Shown here: positions 1 to 8,800 of the stretch, piece after piece
Layout of the letters: the number at the start of each line of letters is the position of its first letter
How positions within the stretch are numbered: position 1 is the stretch's first letter
Sequence record: PP496440.1
Reading direction: 5' to 3' (one strand)
Length of the DNA stretch: 64,000 bases
The notes under the pieces: generated by a model
The model's database searches: none
Seen by the model: only the letters and a program-made list of their open reading frames with translations
What the model was told of the DNA's origin: nothing
Position numbers and translations under genes: made by a program

Positions 1-406
1 CCAGCAGGCTGAAATGCTGCATGAACTTCGCGTCACTGATGAACTTTAGCGCCTTCAGGTAATCGTCGGTAGCGAACTCCAGAACCATACCCATTGTAAC
101 CGGGATGATACTGATTGCGTACTCTCGATCCCCCTCGTTGATGGCAAAGCGATTAACAATCCCTCGCGCTGTCACATTGGGGCGGTGTCGATTGGAATCA
201 CCTACGGTGCCGTAAGTCAGATAAGCGAAAGGGAACGTGGGTGCCTTTTCCCTTTTCTGAACGAACACATCGTAAGCTTCTTCCCGCGTTCGAATCATGA
301 CGCTGCCTTTAGCTAGGTCCAGCCCTTCTTCGACACGACGGCATACACCCGCCAAGACGAACACCTCGATGGGCTTGATCCTTGTACTTGCTGAAGACTT
401 AGCCAT
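1..406 (-). CDS. Probable virion (neck/tail-completion-type) protein, 3' end runs off the window
   Basis: Manual translation from the ATG at 406 (MAKSSASTRIKPIEVFVLAGVCRRVEEGLDL...) stays open to position 1. It lies directly downstream of the capsid gene. Function is inferred from position only. Confidence 0.5.
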   Translation of the reverse strand, partial: MAKSSASTRIKPIEVFVLAGVCRRVEEGLDLAKGSVMIRTREEAYDVFVQKREKAPTFPFAYLTYGTVGDSNRHRPNVTARGIVNRFAINEGDREYAISIIPVTMGMVLEFATDDYLKALKFISDAKFMQHFSLL

Positions 407-417
407 TTTATACCTCG

Positions 418-454
418 AAAAAAGGGTGGGTGGGCGGTAACACCCACCCACCCT
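418..454 (-). terminator. Intrinsic terminator after the major capsid gene
   Basis: 12-bp perfect stem AGGGTGGGTGGG/CCCACCCACCCT (423-434/443-454) followed by a T-tract on the minus strand. Confidence 0.85.
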
Positions 455-475
455 ATATCACCTGACGTGCTGTGG

Positions 476-1564
476 TTACTGGCGGATAGCCTTGGTCACA
501 GTGCGAGAGTTGATGATGGACATCGCGGTCAGCTGGCTCATGGTCCAACCACGACCTGGGAAGCGCTCGGTGGTCTCGTCGATAGGGCGAGCCTCGATGC
601 CATCACGGTCGGAGTACACACCATGGTTCTCTGGCGAGGAAACCACGTACATCTCGCCACGGCCCAGCACCTTGTGCTGCGAATGACGGAACTGGTCAGT
701 GATCACTTCCAGGCCGTACACGTTGCCGATGTTGCCGGTTTGAATCAGCTCTTCGGCGTACGAGGTGGCGTTGAAAGTGTTGACCCAGCTTTCTTCGCTG
801 ATGATGTCGGTCAGGATGTCCGACGAGATCAACCAGAATGCCGCTGGCAGGCCCCACTGGGTGATGTTACTCACCATGTTGGCCAGAGCGCGGGTGGTCA
901 CTTGACCGGCGAGGATGGTCTGCTCGTTGGCTACGCCGACCGACGCATCGGCCAGACGTTTCCACAGGCGGTCTTCCGCAACCATGAACGCTTCCAGCGT
1001 GGAGATGTACGTACGGTCGAGCAGAGTGGCCGGGCCGCGAGCCAGGTCTTTCTGTTCGATGTACGGACGCGCTTGGAGGTAAAACTCTTGCGGGTAGTAC
1101 ACGTTGTCGCGAACCAGGTGGGTCGCAACTTGGGCAGGACCAGTCGAGAGGACAGCGACGGACTGCTTCATGTCCACGGTGACTTTCGGCTCTTGGCCTT
1201 GTTCCAGTTCCATGCGTTGCAGCAGACGACGTGCGAAGCCGTCACGGTTGCCGGTCACTTGCATCTCGGCGGCGAACACTTCGCCCAGTGCAACCAGCTC
1301 TTCCTTGCTGGCGAATGCGGCTTCAACCATCTCACGCTTGCGAGCGGCAGCAGCCGAAGCAGTTTCAACCTGCTTCTCGGTGGTCAGCTGGTGGCCGCTC
1401 TTGGCCGCAGCTGCGAGGGTCTGGAGCATGCCGAACAGCTCTTTGTTCGAACTGGCGTTGAACTCGCCGTTCTGGCCAACCAGCTTACCGCCGCCTGCCA
1501 TGGACAGTTCGGTGATGATGCTCGGACGGCTGACGGACAGCCCTTTAAGTTGCAATGCTTTCAT
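476..1564 (-). CDS. Major capsid protein (probable)
   Basis: 362 aa with strongly biased, high-expression codon use. It is the last gene of a scaffold-decoration-capsid series and is followed by a strong terminator. Size and composition fit an HK97-fold MCP. Confidence 0.75.
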   Translation of the reverse strand: MKALQLKGLSVSRPSIITELSMAGGGKLVGQNGEFNASSNKELFGMLQTLAAAAKSGHQLTTEKQVETASAAAARKREMVEAAFASKEELVALGEVFAAEMQVTGNRDGFARRLLQRMELEQGQEPKVTVDMKQSVAVLSTGPAQVATHLVRDNVYYPQEFYLQARPYIEQKDLARGPATLLDRTYISTLEAFMVAEDRLWKRLADASVGVANEQTILAGQVTTRALANMVSNITQWGLPAAFWLISSDILTDIISEESWVNTFNATSYAEELIQTGNIGNVYGLEVITDQFRHSQHKVLGRGEMYVVSSPENHGVYSDRDGIEARPIDETTERFPGRGWTMSQLTAMSIINSRTVTKAIRQ

Positions 1565-1627
1565 GAGGTTTTAATCCTGTGCAGGAAAATCAGAAGACCT
1601 TGTCTGTATTGATAAGGCTAACTAGCC

Positions 1628-2335
1628 TTACAGCAGGACCAGTTTCAGGAACGGATAGCCTTCATCCGGGCCTTTCAGAACAGCGACGCCTTGCAGCACG
1701 GTGCCGTTGCCACCGCTGGTGAACAGGCCGTTCGCGCCGAGGGTGACCACGGTCTCAGGGGACCAGTCAACGTTGGTGTCGAATTCGGAAGTCGCCAGTT
1801 CGCCTTTGGTAATGGCGGTGGTAATCCCGAGGAAAGCAGCGGCGGTGCGACCGGCAGACTGTTCGCCTTGCAGCGAAGCAGCTTCTACGACGGTCGGGGT
1901 GTAGCGATAGCCAGCCTGAATCGCTTGGTCTTTCTGTGCAGCGTTCAGCGTGACGGTCTTGCCGTCCGAAGCGAGGCTGAACTTGCCAGCGGTGGCAGCA
2001 TCACCAGCGGCCAGAGTGGTCTTGGTGCCGTTGGCAGCAGTAGCTACCAGACGCAGCGAACCGGCGTCGGCGACAGCCTTGTCCAGCACCAGAGTAGTGC
2101 TGTTACGGTTGGCTTCGAAACCTTGCAGCTTCGGCAGGAAGTCCGGGAACTGGGTCTGGTTGATGTTGATGCCGAAGAAGCGCTCACCGGCAACACCAGT
2201 GGAGGGCTTGACTGCCAACTCACCGTCAGCGCCGGTAGTGATAACCAGAGCGCAACCTTCGTTGGTCAATTCGATCCCTTCCGCCACTTGGACAGGTTGG
2301 GATTCGCGCAGATGAACGACGTCGAAACTGAGCAT
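1628..2335 (-). CDS. Capsid decoration / minor head protein (probable)
   Basis: 235 aa, rich in Ala/Gly/Thr and beta-strand-like segments, immediately upstream of the MCP, AGGAAC RBS. Confidence 0.55.
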   Translation of the reverse strand: MLSFDVVHLRESQPVQVAEGIELTNEGCALVITTGADGELAVKPSTGVAGERFFGININQTQFPDFLPKLQGFEANRNSTTLVLDKAVADAGSLRLVATAANGTKTTLAAGDAATAGKFSLASDGKTVTLNAAQKDQAIQAGYRYTPTVVEAASLQGEQSAGRTAAAFLGITTAITKGELATSEFDTNVDWSPETVVTLGANGLFTSGGNGTVLQGVAVLKGPDEGYPFLKLVLL

Positions 2336-2396
2336 GGTACGTTCCTCAAAGGAAGGATAGATAAAAACGGATGACTGTCTCGGGTTGAATCAACCC

Positions 2397-3926
2397 TTAA
2401 CTGATGCGGAACAGTCCGCCTTGAGCGAGTTCACGCACACGCGAGTTACCCTTCTGAACAGGTTCATTCAGGAAGGAAGCGGTGGTTACCTGGCGCAACG
2501 GGGTCTCGAGTTGGGTTTCCAACTGCGCAGTAGAAGCCTGACGGCCATTGCTGCGAGTCGAGGAACCTACCGGAGTAGTGGACGCGATGGTTTCCGCCAG
2601 ATCATTCAGGCTGCTCGGGTCACGGGCTGCCAGTGTCTGAGCCAGCGCGAGGACGTTTTGGTTATGTTCGTCTTCGGTTTCGGCCAAAGCGCTCTCAACC
2701 ATGGCTTGCGCGTTCTGTACACCAGCGGTGGTCAGATCGGCAATCAGGCGTTCCTTCACTTTGTGTGGGGTGTTGCGGAAGAACCCACGGGTCATACCAG
2801 CTGTCGCCAGCTGAAGGCCATGCAGCAGTCGTTCGGTCTGATCGCCAACGGTGTCGGCGACTTCGGCGGCAGCGACAGCCTTAGCCTTTTCTTGCACGAA
2901 TGCCATCGCCATCGCGGCAGGGGCCTTGAAGCTGTTACGCTGGAAGCCGTAGCTAGCCAGAGTTGCGTCCAAGCCGTCCTTGTTGAACGTCTGGGCGATT
3001 GCTTCCATGTAAGCTGGCTCGCCGAAGATATCGGCGTTGGCGGTTTCTGCGGTCTTGTGCAGGACAGCCACGGTCTGATCGTTGACGTTAGCCAAGATCT
3101 TGCCGTTCAGCGGGATGAATTCAGCAGTCGCATTTTCACTCAGGCCAACCGAGGACAGCGCTTCGAGAACGTCGATGTTCATATCTTCGGGCTCGTCACA
3201 TTGGTCGGGGTTCTGCGTGGACTGGATGACTTCGGCTTCTTCAACCGGTTCGTCGTCCGACTCCTCTTCTTCCTCGTCGTCAGCTTCGGCGGACGCAACC
3301 ACCGGCTTCTGCTTCGGCATGATGATCATCGGATTGTCCTCGGCGGAAGCTTCTTCCTCCAAGTCCTCGTCAGACTCATTCGATTCGTCGTCTTCCAGTT
3401 CTTCGTCGTCGGCGCTGGTGTCGTCATCGCTTAGATCCGAATCGTCTTCCGACTCTTCTTCATCATCGGCGCTGGCTTCTTCGGCGGGTTGATCGCCGTC
3501 CCATGCCCAATCGGCGTTCGCGTCTTCTTCGTCGGTAGCAGTGGTATCATCCTCTGCACCTGCGAGAGTTACGCTGGGGTTCAGTACCATCCCCGTACCG
3601 CATTCAACACAGCAGATCTCTACGTGGCCTTCTTTGTTCACCGGCATTTGCGCCAGCTCTTCATCGAACATCACGTTAGCCACGGTGCACTGACGGCACT
3701 GCGCGCTGGTAAGGCTATCTTCTTCCGACTGGTTAAAGACGGAAGCAGTGATTGCCTCAGCACGCTGTTTCATGGCTGGACTGCCGCAGTGACCGCAGAA
3801 CGGATCGCACCCCGCCAACGCTACCGTTTCCTCTTTGCAGTGACCGCACTGGTATGAAGCCAGTACAGCCTGCTTAAGGCTACGCATGGTTGGGGCGTGA
3901 GAAGCGATCATGGTGAGCTTCGGCAT
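2397..3926 (-). CDS. Prohead scaffold/core-like protein with N-terminal CxxC Zn motifs and a long acidic linker
   Basis: ATG at 3926 with GAGGAG RBS; four CxxC motifs (CGHC, CGHC, CRQC, CVEC), a D/E-rich tract and a helical C-terminus; upstream of the decoration and MCP genes. Confidence 0.55.
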   Translation of the reverse strand: MPKLTMIASHAPTMRSLKQAVLASYQCGHCKEETVALAGCDPFCGHCGSPAMKQRAEAITASVFNQSEEDSLTSAQCRQCTVANVMFDEELAQMPVNKEGHVEICCVECGTGMVLNPSVTLAGAEDDTTATDEEDANADWAWDGDQPAEEASADDEEESEDDSDLSDDDTSADDEELEDDESNESDEDLEEEASAEDNPMIIMPKQKPVVASAEADDEEEEESDDEPVEEAEVIQSTQNPDQCDEPEDMNIDVLEALSSVGLSENATAEFIPLNGKILANVNDQTVAVLHKTAETANADIFGEPAYMEAIAQTFNKDGLDATLASYGFQRNSFKAPAAMAMAFVQEKAKAVAAAEVADTVGDQTERLLHGLQLATAGMTRGFFRNTPHKVKERLIADLTTAGVQNAQAMVESALAETEDEHNQNVLALAQTLAARDPSSLNDLAETIASTTPVGSSTRSNGRQASTAQLETQLETPLRQVTTASFLNEPVQKGNSRVRELAQGGLFRIS

Positions 3927-4185
3927 GCGAAGTGCTCCTCTTGCTGTCAATGGGCTGCTACACACTATAAGCATGAGCAGATCTTCGAGCAGGCCACCTC
4001 GACGGCCCCTGCTACGGTAAACTCGGATTCACCCCTCCACGCGTATATAACGTTTTGGGAACAATTCAAATTACATACGACCAGAGTGCCATGGTGTCCA
4101 TACCTGCGTCAAAACGCCCGTTTGCCATCATGTCGGGATATGCCCAGCCATATGAGTGCTAAGTCATTGATTACCTTGACAATTT

Positions 4186-4210
4186 ATTAGGGGGTATGTG
4201 GCCCCCTAAT
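4186..4210. repeat. Perfect 9-bp inverted repeat in the divergent intergenic region
   Basis: ATTAGGGGG (4186-4194), 7-nt spacer, CCCCCTAAT (4202-4210). Confidence 0.7.
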
Positions 4211-4253
4211 TCATGGAAATTCAGGTATTTTGGCTATATCTGCGTCAAAGTGC

Positions 4254-4282
4254 TTGACAAACGCTGCCAGGCCCTGTATACT
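4254..4282 (+). promoter_or_regulatory. Sigma70-type early promoter
   Basis: TTGACA-17 nt-TATACT. Confidence 0.85.
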
Positions 4283-4345
4283 GCACGGGCGAGCTACTAT
4301 TCCAGCCCGCTACGTCCATGCCCACCGGGGCACGAAGGAACCAAC

Positions 4346-4822
4346 ATGAAGAGCATGATTCGCCGCAAAGATGGGTTTTACACGGAGTTGTTGGCCGGTG
4401 CTAAAGACCCTGTCGCCCTTTCCAAGACTGCATTCAACCGTGGACTGACCCGGATCGTTGCATCTATTACGAGCAGTGTTAAGCTGCGGTACGTAGTAGA
4501 TTCCGAAACCGGTGATGCGGAATACCGGGTGAGAGTGAAGTTTCAGAAAAGCCAGTTGACCCGCAAGGGTACTCCGGCTATCAAGGTGGGACGGGTACTG
4601 GTTCCTGTTGATCTCGACAGCATTGCAGTACATTGCACGTGTCAGGACTTTCGATTCACCTGGTACACCTATTTGAAGAACTCTGGGCACGCTGCCGGTT
4701 GGTTCAAGCAGGTGGAGTTGAAAGGATCTGGCCGCACTCGGGAAGCTGACCACGCAGGTTGCTGCAAACACGTCGCCGGTGTACTGGCAATGGTTGAGCA
4801 GAACGTTATCGTCAAGCTGTGA
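4346..4822 (+). CDS. SWIM zinc-finger protein
   Basis: ATG at 4346 with AAGGAA RBS; HCTCQDF...CCKHV matches the SWIM CxC-xn-CxH signature. Confidence 0.75.
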   Translation: MKSMIRRKDGFYTELLAGAKDPVALSKTAFNRGLTRIVASITSSVKLRYVVDSETGDAEYRVRVKFQKSQLTRKGTPAIKVGRVLVPVDLDSIAVHCTCQDFRFTWYTYLKNSGHAAGWFKQVELKGSGRTREADHAGCCKHVAGVLAMVEQNVIVKL

Positions 4823-4857
4823 CCCAGATGCAGTGAGTGTTACATGATAGAGAAAAT

Positions 4858-4892
4858 AAAACCCCACCGGTTCGCGCCGTGTGGGGTTTTTT
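4858..4892. terminator. Bidirectional intrinsic terminator
   Basis: AAAACCCCAC...GTGGGGTTTTTT between convergent genes. Confidence 0.85.
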
Positions 4893-4909
4893 ATGTCTGA
4901 AATTCAATC

Positions 4910-7696
4910 TTAGGTAAAGTCTTTCTGTGCCAGCACCAGTGGAACGCCGACAGTATCCAGTGCTATCTGTGTGAACTCCTTCAATTCTGATCTGGTAAGC
5001 TTCCGGCTCAGCATCACCCCATCGTGCTCTTGTGCTACCACGATGTCTTTGTGTCGCATGTTGAACTCTATCATCACCGCTTGCTCCATACCGCAGGTGA
5101 TGAAGTGCAGCAGCTTCGACTTCTCCTTTTGTGTCGTCCACCCATTCAGCATCTTGTCAGTATAGAAGAAGGCCACTGACCCCAGCGCATTGCGAACGCT
5201 CACTGCACTGGCGGTAGCATTGTCTGGATCAAGCCCAGCGTCCTTGATTGATCTGGACAGCGACTTGTACAGGAAGTAGTTATGCTTGGCGATCAGGTCT
5301 CGATTGACCGGCAGCTTGACGTGTTCAGTTACCTTGTAGTCCGGGTGTGCAAGGATCATGCTGGGCAGTGCCTGCATCGTCCTGATCACGGGGAAGATCA
5401 ACCGGTTGGTGGTGTAGATCAAAGCGATTGCCAGCTCCATCATCTTAATCTTGAGGGCTTGCACGTGGCTCTCATTCAACTCCAGTTCAATCGGTGCAAC
5501 CAGACCACGGATCAGTTTGTCTATGGTGTCGGGCACCACGGAAGATTTCAGGATGGACTCATGCGATGTCTTGAGGCTGGACCCGTACATGACAGAGAGG
5601 AACATCAGCTTACAGACTCCGTCGATAACCCGGATGAACTCCTTCTCCTTGCGCCACGTCTGGCCGAGCGTTTCCCCCGCGCTTTTCCATACCTGATGCA
5701 GCGCCAGTCGGTCATTCCATCTTGACTCACTTCCAGACCACTTCGGTGCTCCGTATACCCCAGCTCTCCATGGGTTCCGTACCATGACCAGCGCCGACTC
5801 CAGCAGGCCTTTGAATCCGGAGTCTTCCATCTCAGTCAGCACATGATCCGTCCACGTCTTGGATTCGTACATGCCGAAGATGGTCAACGCGCTGTCCACG
5901 TCCCGGTCCGTGAGAAACACCTTCCCGTATTCGTCTATCGTCTCGATCAGTTCCTTGCGATACCTCTTAACCAGCCCACCGATCAACATCGGGTGGCAAG
6001 ACTTGACATCGTAGTTGACGTATCCACTCTTGGTGAGGATCACCTGCTTGAGTTGGTTGGGCAGCGAACCAAAGCCCACCGGGGAGTTTATCCGGGGCGA
6101 GCGCAAGGTGGTGAAGTGATGTGCACGGTGCATGACGATCTGGTTGTGGCGGTCGCTGCTCCCTTGCTGGCAACCCAAGTTCTCCGGGTTGATCATGCGG
6201 GCCAGCGTGCGGAAGGCCCCGGAGGATATAGCGTCACCTGAGGTGTGGTGCATCCAGCTCAGCTCCGCAAGCAGGTCATTGACGGGTAGGCGTACGCTCT
6301 TGGTGGACAGCATGCGGATGTAGGCTTTTACGTTGACCGGGACAACGGGCCGGGTCGAAAGGTTTATGTTGTCGCTGATCTCCTTGTACGTCGGGTTGTT
6401 CACCACGCAAGACTGAACCATTGAAACCCGGCGTAACATCGTGCACGCCTTGATCGGCACGTTCTTATCATGGAACATGTACAGCTTGCCCGGCTGGCCG
6501 GTCAGGTTATCGTTCGCCACCAGAGACTCACCGTAGGGCAGCTGAGAACTGAATACCATAACAGCCTGCCCTCGTTCCGCGAACGCGTAGATCGCATTGG
6601 GCAGTACCCGGTTGCTACCCTTCAGATTGGTTAGCCAGCGGCCCAGCGGTTTCACGTCACGAGGCCGGCCCATCAAACGCCCATGTAGGTAGGCGTCAAC
6701 CTTATCCATGTACGAGTCAACGAACTGCGTGACCACGGGACCAGGTTCGAACGTGAATGTCTTGTGCTTCCAGTAGTCTGCCTCCGTGGTCACGGCCATC
6801 AGCCCCATGGTCTCCAGCACAGCGCGCACGGTGTCCCAGTGATACGTCATCTGACCTTTCTTCGATCCTTCGATGTTCCGCCAGTTGATCAGATTGTTGA
6901 ACCGTTTTTCACCTTGATGCGAGCCGAGCCCGTAGCCTTCCTTGACCTGATCCTTCTTGATCGCGAACTGGGTATCGTGGCTATGATCCAGATCAACGTG
7001 CAGGAACCGGGAAACAGACCGAGCGTGGTTCAGTTCCATGGGGAACGCCAGCTTGTTGGTCAGGTCCTTGGGGTTGAACGCAGGGTTCCATTGAAAGCCG
7101 TCCTTGGAGGTTCCCTTGTGCACGGCGGACACTAGATGCCGGGCCATTGAGTCGCGGGAGTCGAAGTGGCCTTTGTCGTTCACCTTATCCAGCAGCATGG
7201 GATATGCCACGACAAGGCGGGCGATCAGGAAGGCGAAGCAGTAGGCAGCAGACGGGCCGGGCGCACAGTTGCGCTCCGCCATCTTCTGGAGGAAGGTTTC
7301 GTACTGATCAAGTATGAAGTAGCCCAGACCGGGGGTGACGGCTACCGGCAGGCCAACGACGCGGCTGTCCAGCCAGCTCTTGCCACTGGGGTACAGGTTG
7401 TGCTTGGGGTTCAGCGAAGGTTCAACCACCATCATCCGCACATAGGGGACGTAGGACTGCACCCATTCAACGTTGGATTGATCTTTAGCTTCGGGGAAGT
7501 CACGGGTTACCTTTCCCACTTTGGCAATGAGATCAGTATTGAAGCGCCCTACATCCTTTACCTCAGGGGCCAGTGCGGGGTTTAGTCGAGCCGTAGCCTT
7601 GATGATGGGTACTTGGTCATACACGGGATACAAGTCTAGGGGCTTGGACAGTATGCCTGCATATTCCTTTTCCGAGAGTGGGGTGTAATCAGCCAT
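4910..7696 (-). CDS. Large protein with a C-terminal TV-Pol / family-A-related polymerase domain
   Basis: 928 aa; motif A-like NYDVKSCHP, motif B-like KLMFLSVMYG and motif C-like QEHDGVML in the correct order. Confidence 0.65.
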   Translation of the reverse strand: MADYTPLSEKEYAGILSKPLDLYPVYDQVPIIKATARLNPALAPEVKDVGRFNTDLIAKVGKVTRDFPEAKDQSNVEWVQSYVPYVRMMVVEPSLNPKHNLYPSGKSWLDSRVVGLPVAVTPGLGYFILDQYETFLQKMAERNCAPGPSAAYCFAFLIARLVVAYPMLLDKVNDKGHFDSRDSMARHLVSAVHKGTSKDGFQWNPAFNPKDLTNKLAFPMELNHARSVSRFLHVDLDHSHDTQFAIKKDQVKEGYGLGSHQGEKRFNNLINWRNIEGSKKGQMTYHWDTVRAVLETMGLMAVTTEADYWKHKTFTFEPGPVVTQFVDSYMDKVDAYLHGRLMGRPRDVKPLGRWLTNLKGSNRVLPNAIYAFAERGQAVMVFSSQLPYGESLVANDNLTGQPGKLYMFHDKNVPIKACTMLRRVSMVQSCVVNNPTYKEISDNINLSTRPVVPVNVKAYIRMLSTKSVRLPVNDLLAELSWMHHTSGDAISSGAFRTLARMINPENLGCQQGSSDRHNQIVMHRAHHFTTLRSPRINSPVGFGSLPNQLKQVILTKSGYVNYDVKSCHPMLIGGLVKRYRKELIETIDEYGKVFLTDRDVDSALTIFGMYESKTWTDHVLTEMEDSGFKGLLESALVMVRNPWRAGVYGAPKWSGSESRWNDRLALHQVWKSAGETLGQTWRKEKEFIRVIDGVCKLMFLSVMYGSSLKTSHESILKSSVVPDTIDKLIRGLVAPIELELNESHVQALKIKMMELAIALIYTTNRLIFPVIRTMQALPSMILAHPDYKVTEHVKLPVNRDLIAKHNYFLYKSLSRSIKDAGLDPDNATASAVSVRNALGSVAFFYTDKMLNGWTTQKEKSKLLHFITCGMEQAVMIEFNMRHKDIVVAQEHDGVMLSRKLTRSELKEFTQIALDTVGVPLVLAQKDFT

Positions 7697-7744
7697 TGGA
7701 TAGCTCGCGTATTACCGGAGTGAATGGAATTGAGCGTTATCAGC

Positions 7745-7753
7745 CCATTTACC
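7745..7753 (-). promoter_or_regulatory. GTAAAT-type phage promoter motif
   Basis: GGTAAATGG about 50 nt upstream of the 928-aa gene; the same motif precedes many other genes. Confidence 0.55.
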
Positions 7754-8193
7754 AGACTATATACAGAGTATCTTATGGGGGTTAAAAAGGACCATCTTGC
7801 AATTATTTGGGTCATTAATTCCCTTCCAGACCATAAACCTCTATCTGTGGATACGGGGGTAGTTAGCCCTAGATACATCCCTATTACCTGTGTATATTGC
7901 CCATGTAGACTCTATTCCCCTATCGGGAAGTATAACCTCGAAAAAGGTTCCTAGCTTGCATGGGCTGGCCCACCCACCCCCGTGGCCCACCCGACCGCCC
8001 GGTTAAGGCCATACCTAGGGATTCCTTTCTCCCAGAGGGACCCCCAGCCGCCCATCCTTCCCCTGCTCCTCCCTTTCCTTCATCATCTACACCCACCCAG
8101 CTATTGACTTACCATCTAGTGATCCTCCTTCCTCCAGCTTCTACATAGGCAGTTAGCTTCCCCATGCCTCTAAGCTCCTCCGCTTCATCATGC

Positions 8194-8258
8194 ACTTATG
8201 CTCTGTAGTACTGATTCCCCACATGCCCGTGACTTATGCTCTGGTGTCAGTATTCCCA
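8194..8258. repeat. Imperfect direct repeat with a 38-bp period
   Basis: ACTTATGCTCTG at 8194-8205 and 8232-8243, each followed by ATTCCC. Confidence 0.6.
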
Positions 8259-8469
8259 GCCTCCCAGGTGAAAGGGTGTCCATGCGCTGGGGAGTTGTCC
8301 GGGGAATAGCGCCCGTGGATAGGGCTTCCAGGCGTGCGATACGGGGAGTTTTCCGGGTATGGATGAGTCAGTATGGCGGGGAATGGGGATCGAAGCGCCT
8401 GCGAGCTTGTAGGAGCCCGTGGTTATTGGCTGGATACACGGGGCGGGGCGTGGGTTTCCTGCGGAGGTG

Positions 8470-8503
8470 AAAAAGCCCGCACGGCTTGGGACCGATACGG
8501 GCT
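8470..8503 (-). terminator. Intrinsic terminator ending the early minus-strand operon
   Basis: AGCCCG...CGGGCT stem followed by TTTT on the minus strand. Confidence 0.7.
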
Positions 8504-8509
8504 CTGGTA

Positions 8510-8653
8510 TTACTTGACGTACTCGGGATGCCTCACTTGTGGGTGACACACGAAGTCAACGGCCTGCACTGGTAAGATGAGTGGCACCGTGCCCTTGTAC
8601 TTGCGGATCAGCTGGGTGTATATCTCACCGTCCCACTTGCCCAGCTCGTTCAC
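8510..8653 (-). CDS. Possible small hypothetical protein (47 aa)
   Basis: GTG start with a weak RBS; fills the gap before the terminator; not in the ORF track. Confidence 0.3.
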   Translation of the reverse strand: MNELGKWDGEIYTQLIRKYKGTVPLILPVQAVDFVCHPQVRHPEYVK

Positions 8654-8704
8654 CTGACTAACTCTCTCATCTATAGAGAGCCTGATTGCCGCTGACCAGC
8701 AGTC

Positions 8705-8800
8705 TTACTTGGCAATGGGTCCGTCGAACGTCTGGATCGGCGTGTAGCCGTTGTGCAACGCGGTGTAGACCGCGAGCATCAGGAAGTAGCCCGTGTTCAT
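8705..8800 (-). CDS. Small hypothetical protein (31 aa)
   Basis: MNTGYFLMLAVYTALHNGYTPIQTFDGPIAK; its ATG overlaps the stop of the upstream gene (ATGA coupling). Confidence 0.5.
   Translation of the reverse strand: MNTGYFLMLAVYTALHNGYTPIQTFDGPIAK

Larger units (their letters stand above)
7700..8465. other. Long non-coding region (origin or terminus candidate)
   Basis: No credible ORF. AT-rich at 7700-7950, C/pyrimidine-rich at 7960-8200 and G-rich at 8280-8465. Confidence 0.4.

Noticed and set aside
467-3857. Long plus-strand ORFs (467-1612, 1691-2374, 2385-3434 and others) opposite the head genes
   Set aside because: They are antisense shadows of genes with biased codon use, have no RBS or motifs, and overlap better-supported minus-strand genes. 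The same applies to 30626-31933, 33546-34859, 37151-38260 and 60382-61509.
8194-8258. Direct repeats as a possible mini-CRISPR array
   Set aside because: Only two short (about 12 bp core) copies, and no cas genes
8510-8800. In-frame TAA at 8705-8707 between two small ORFs, suggesting readthrough or recoding
   Set aside because: TAA, TAG and TGA all terminate well-supported genes elsewhere in the window. Two separate small ORFs is the simpler reading.
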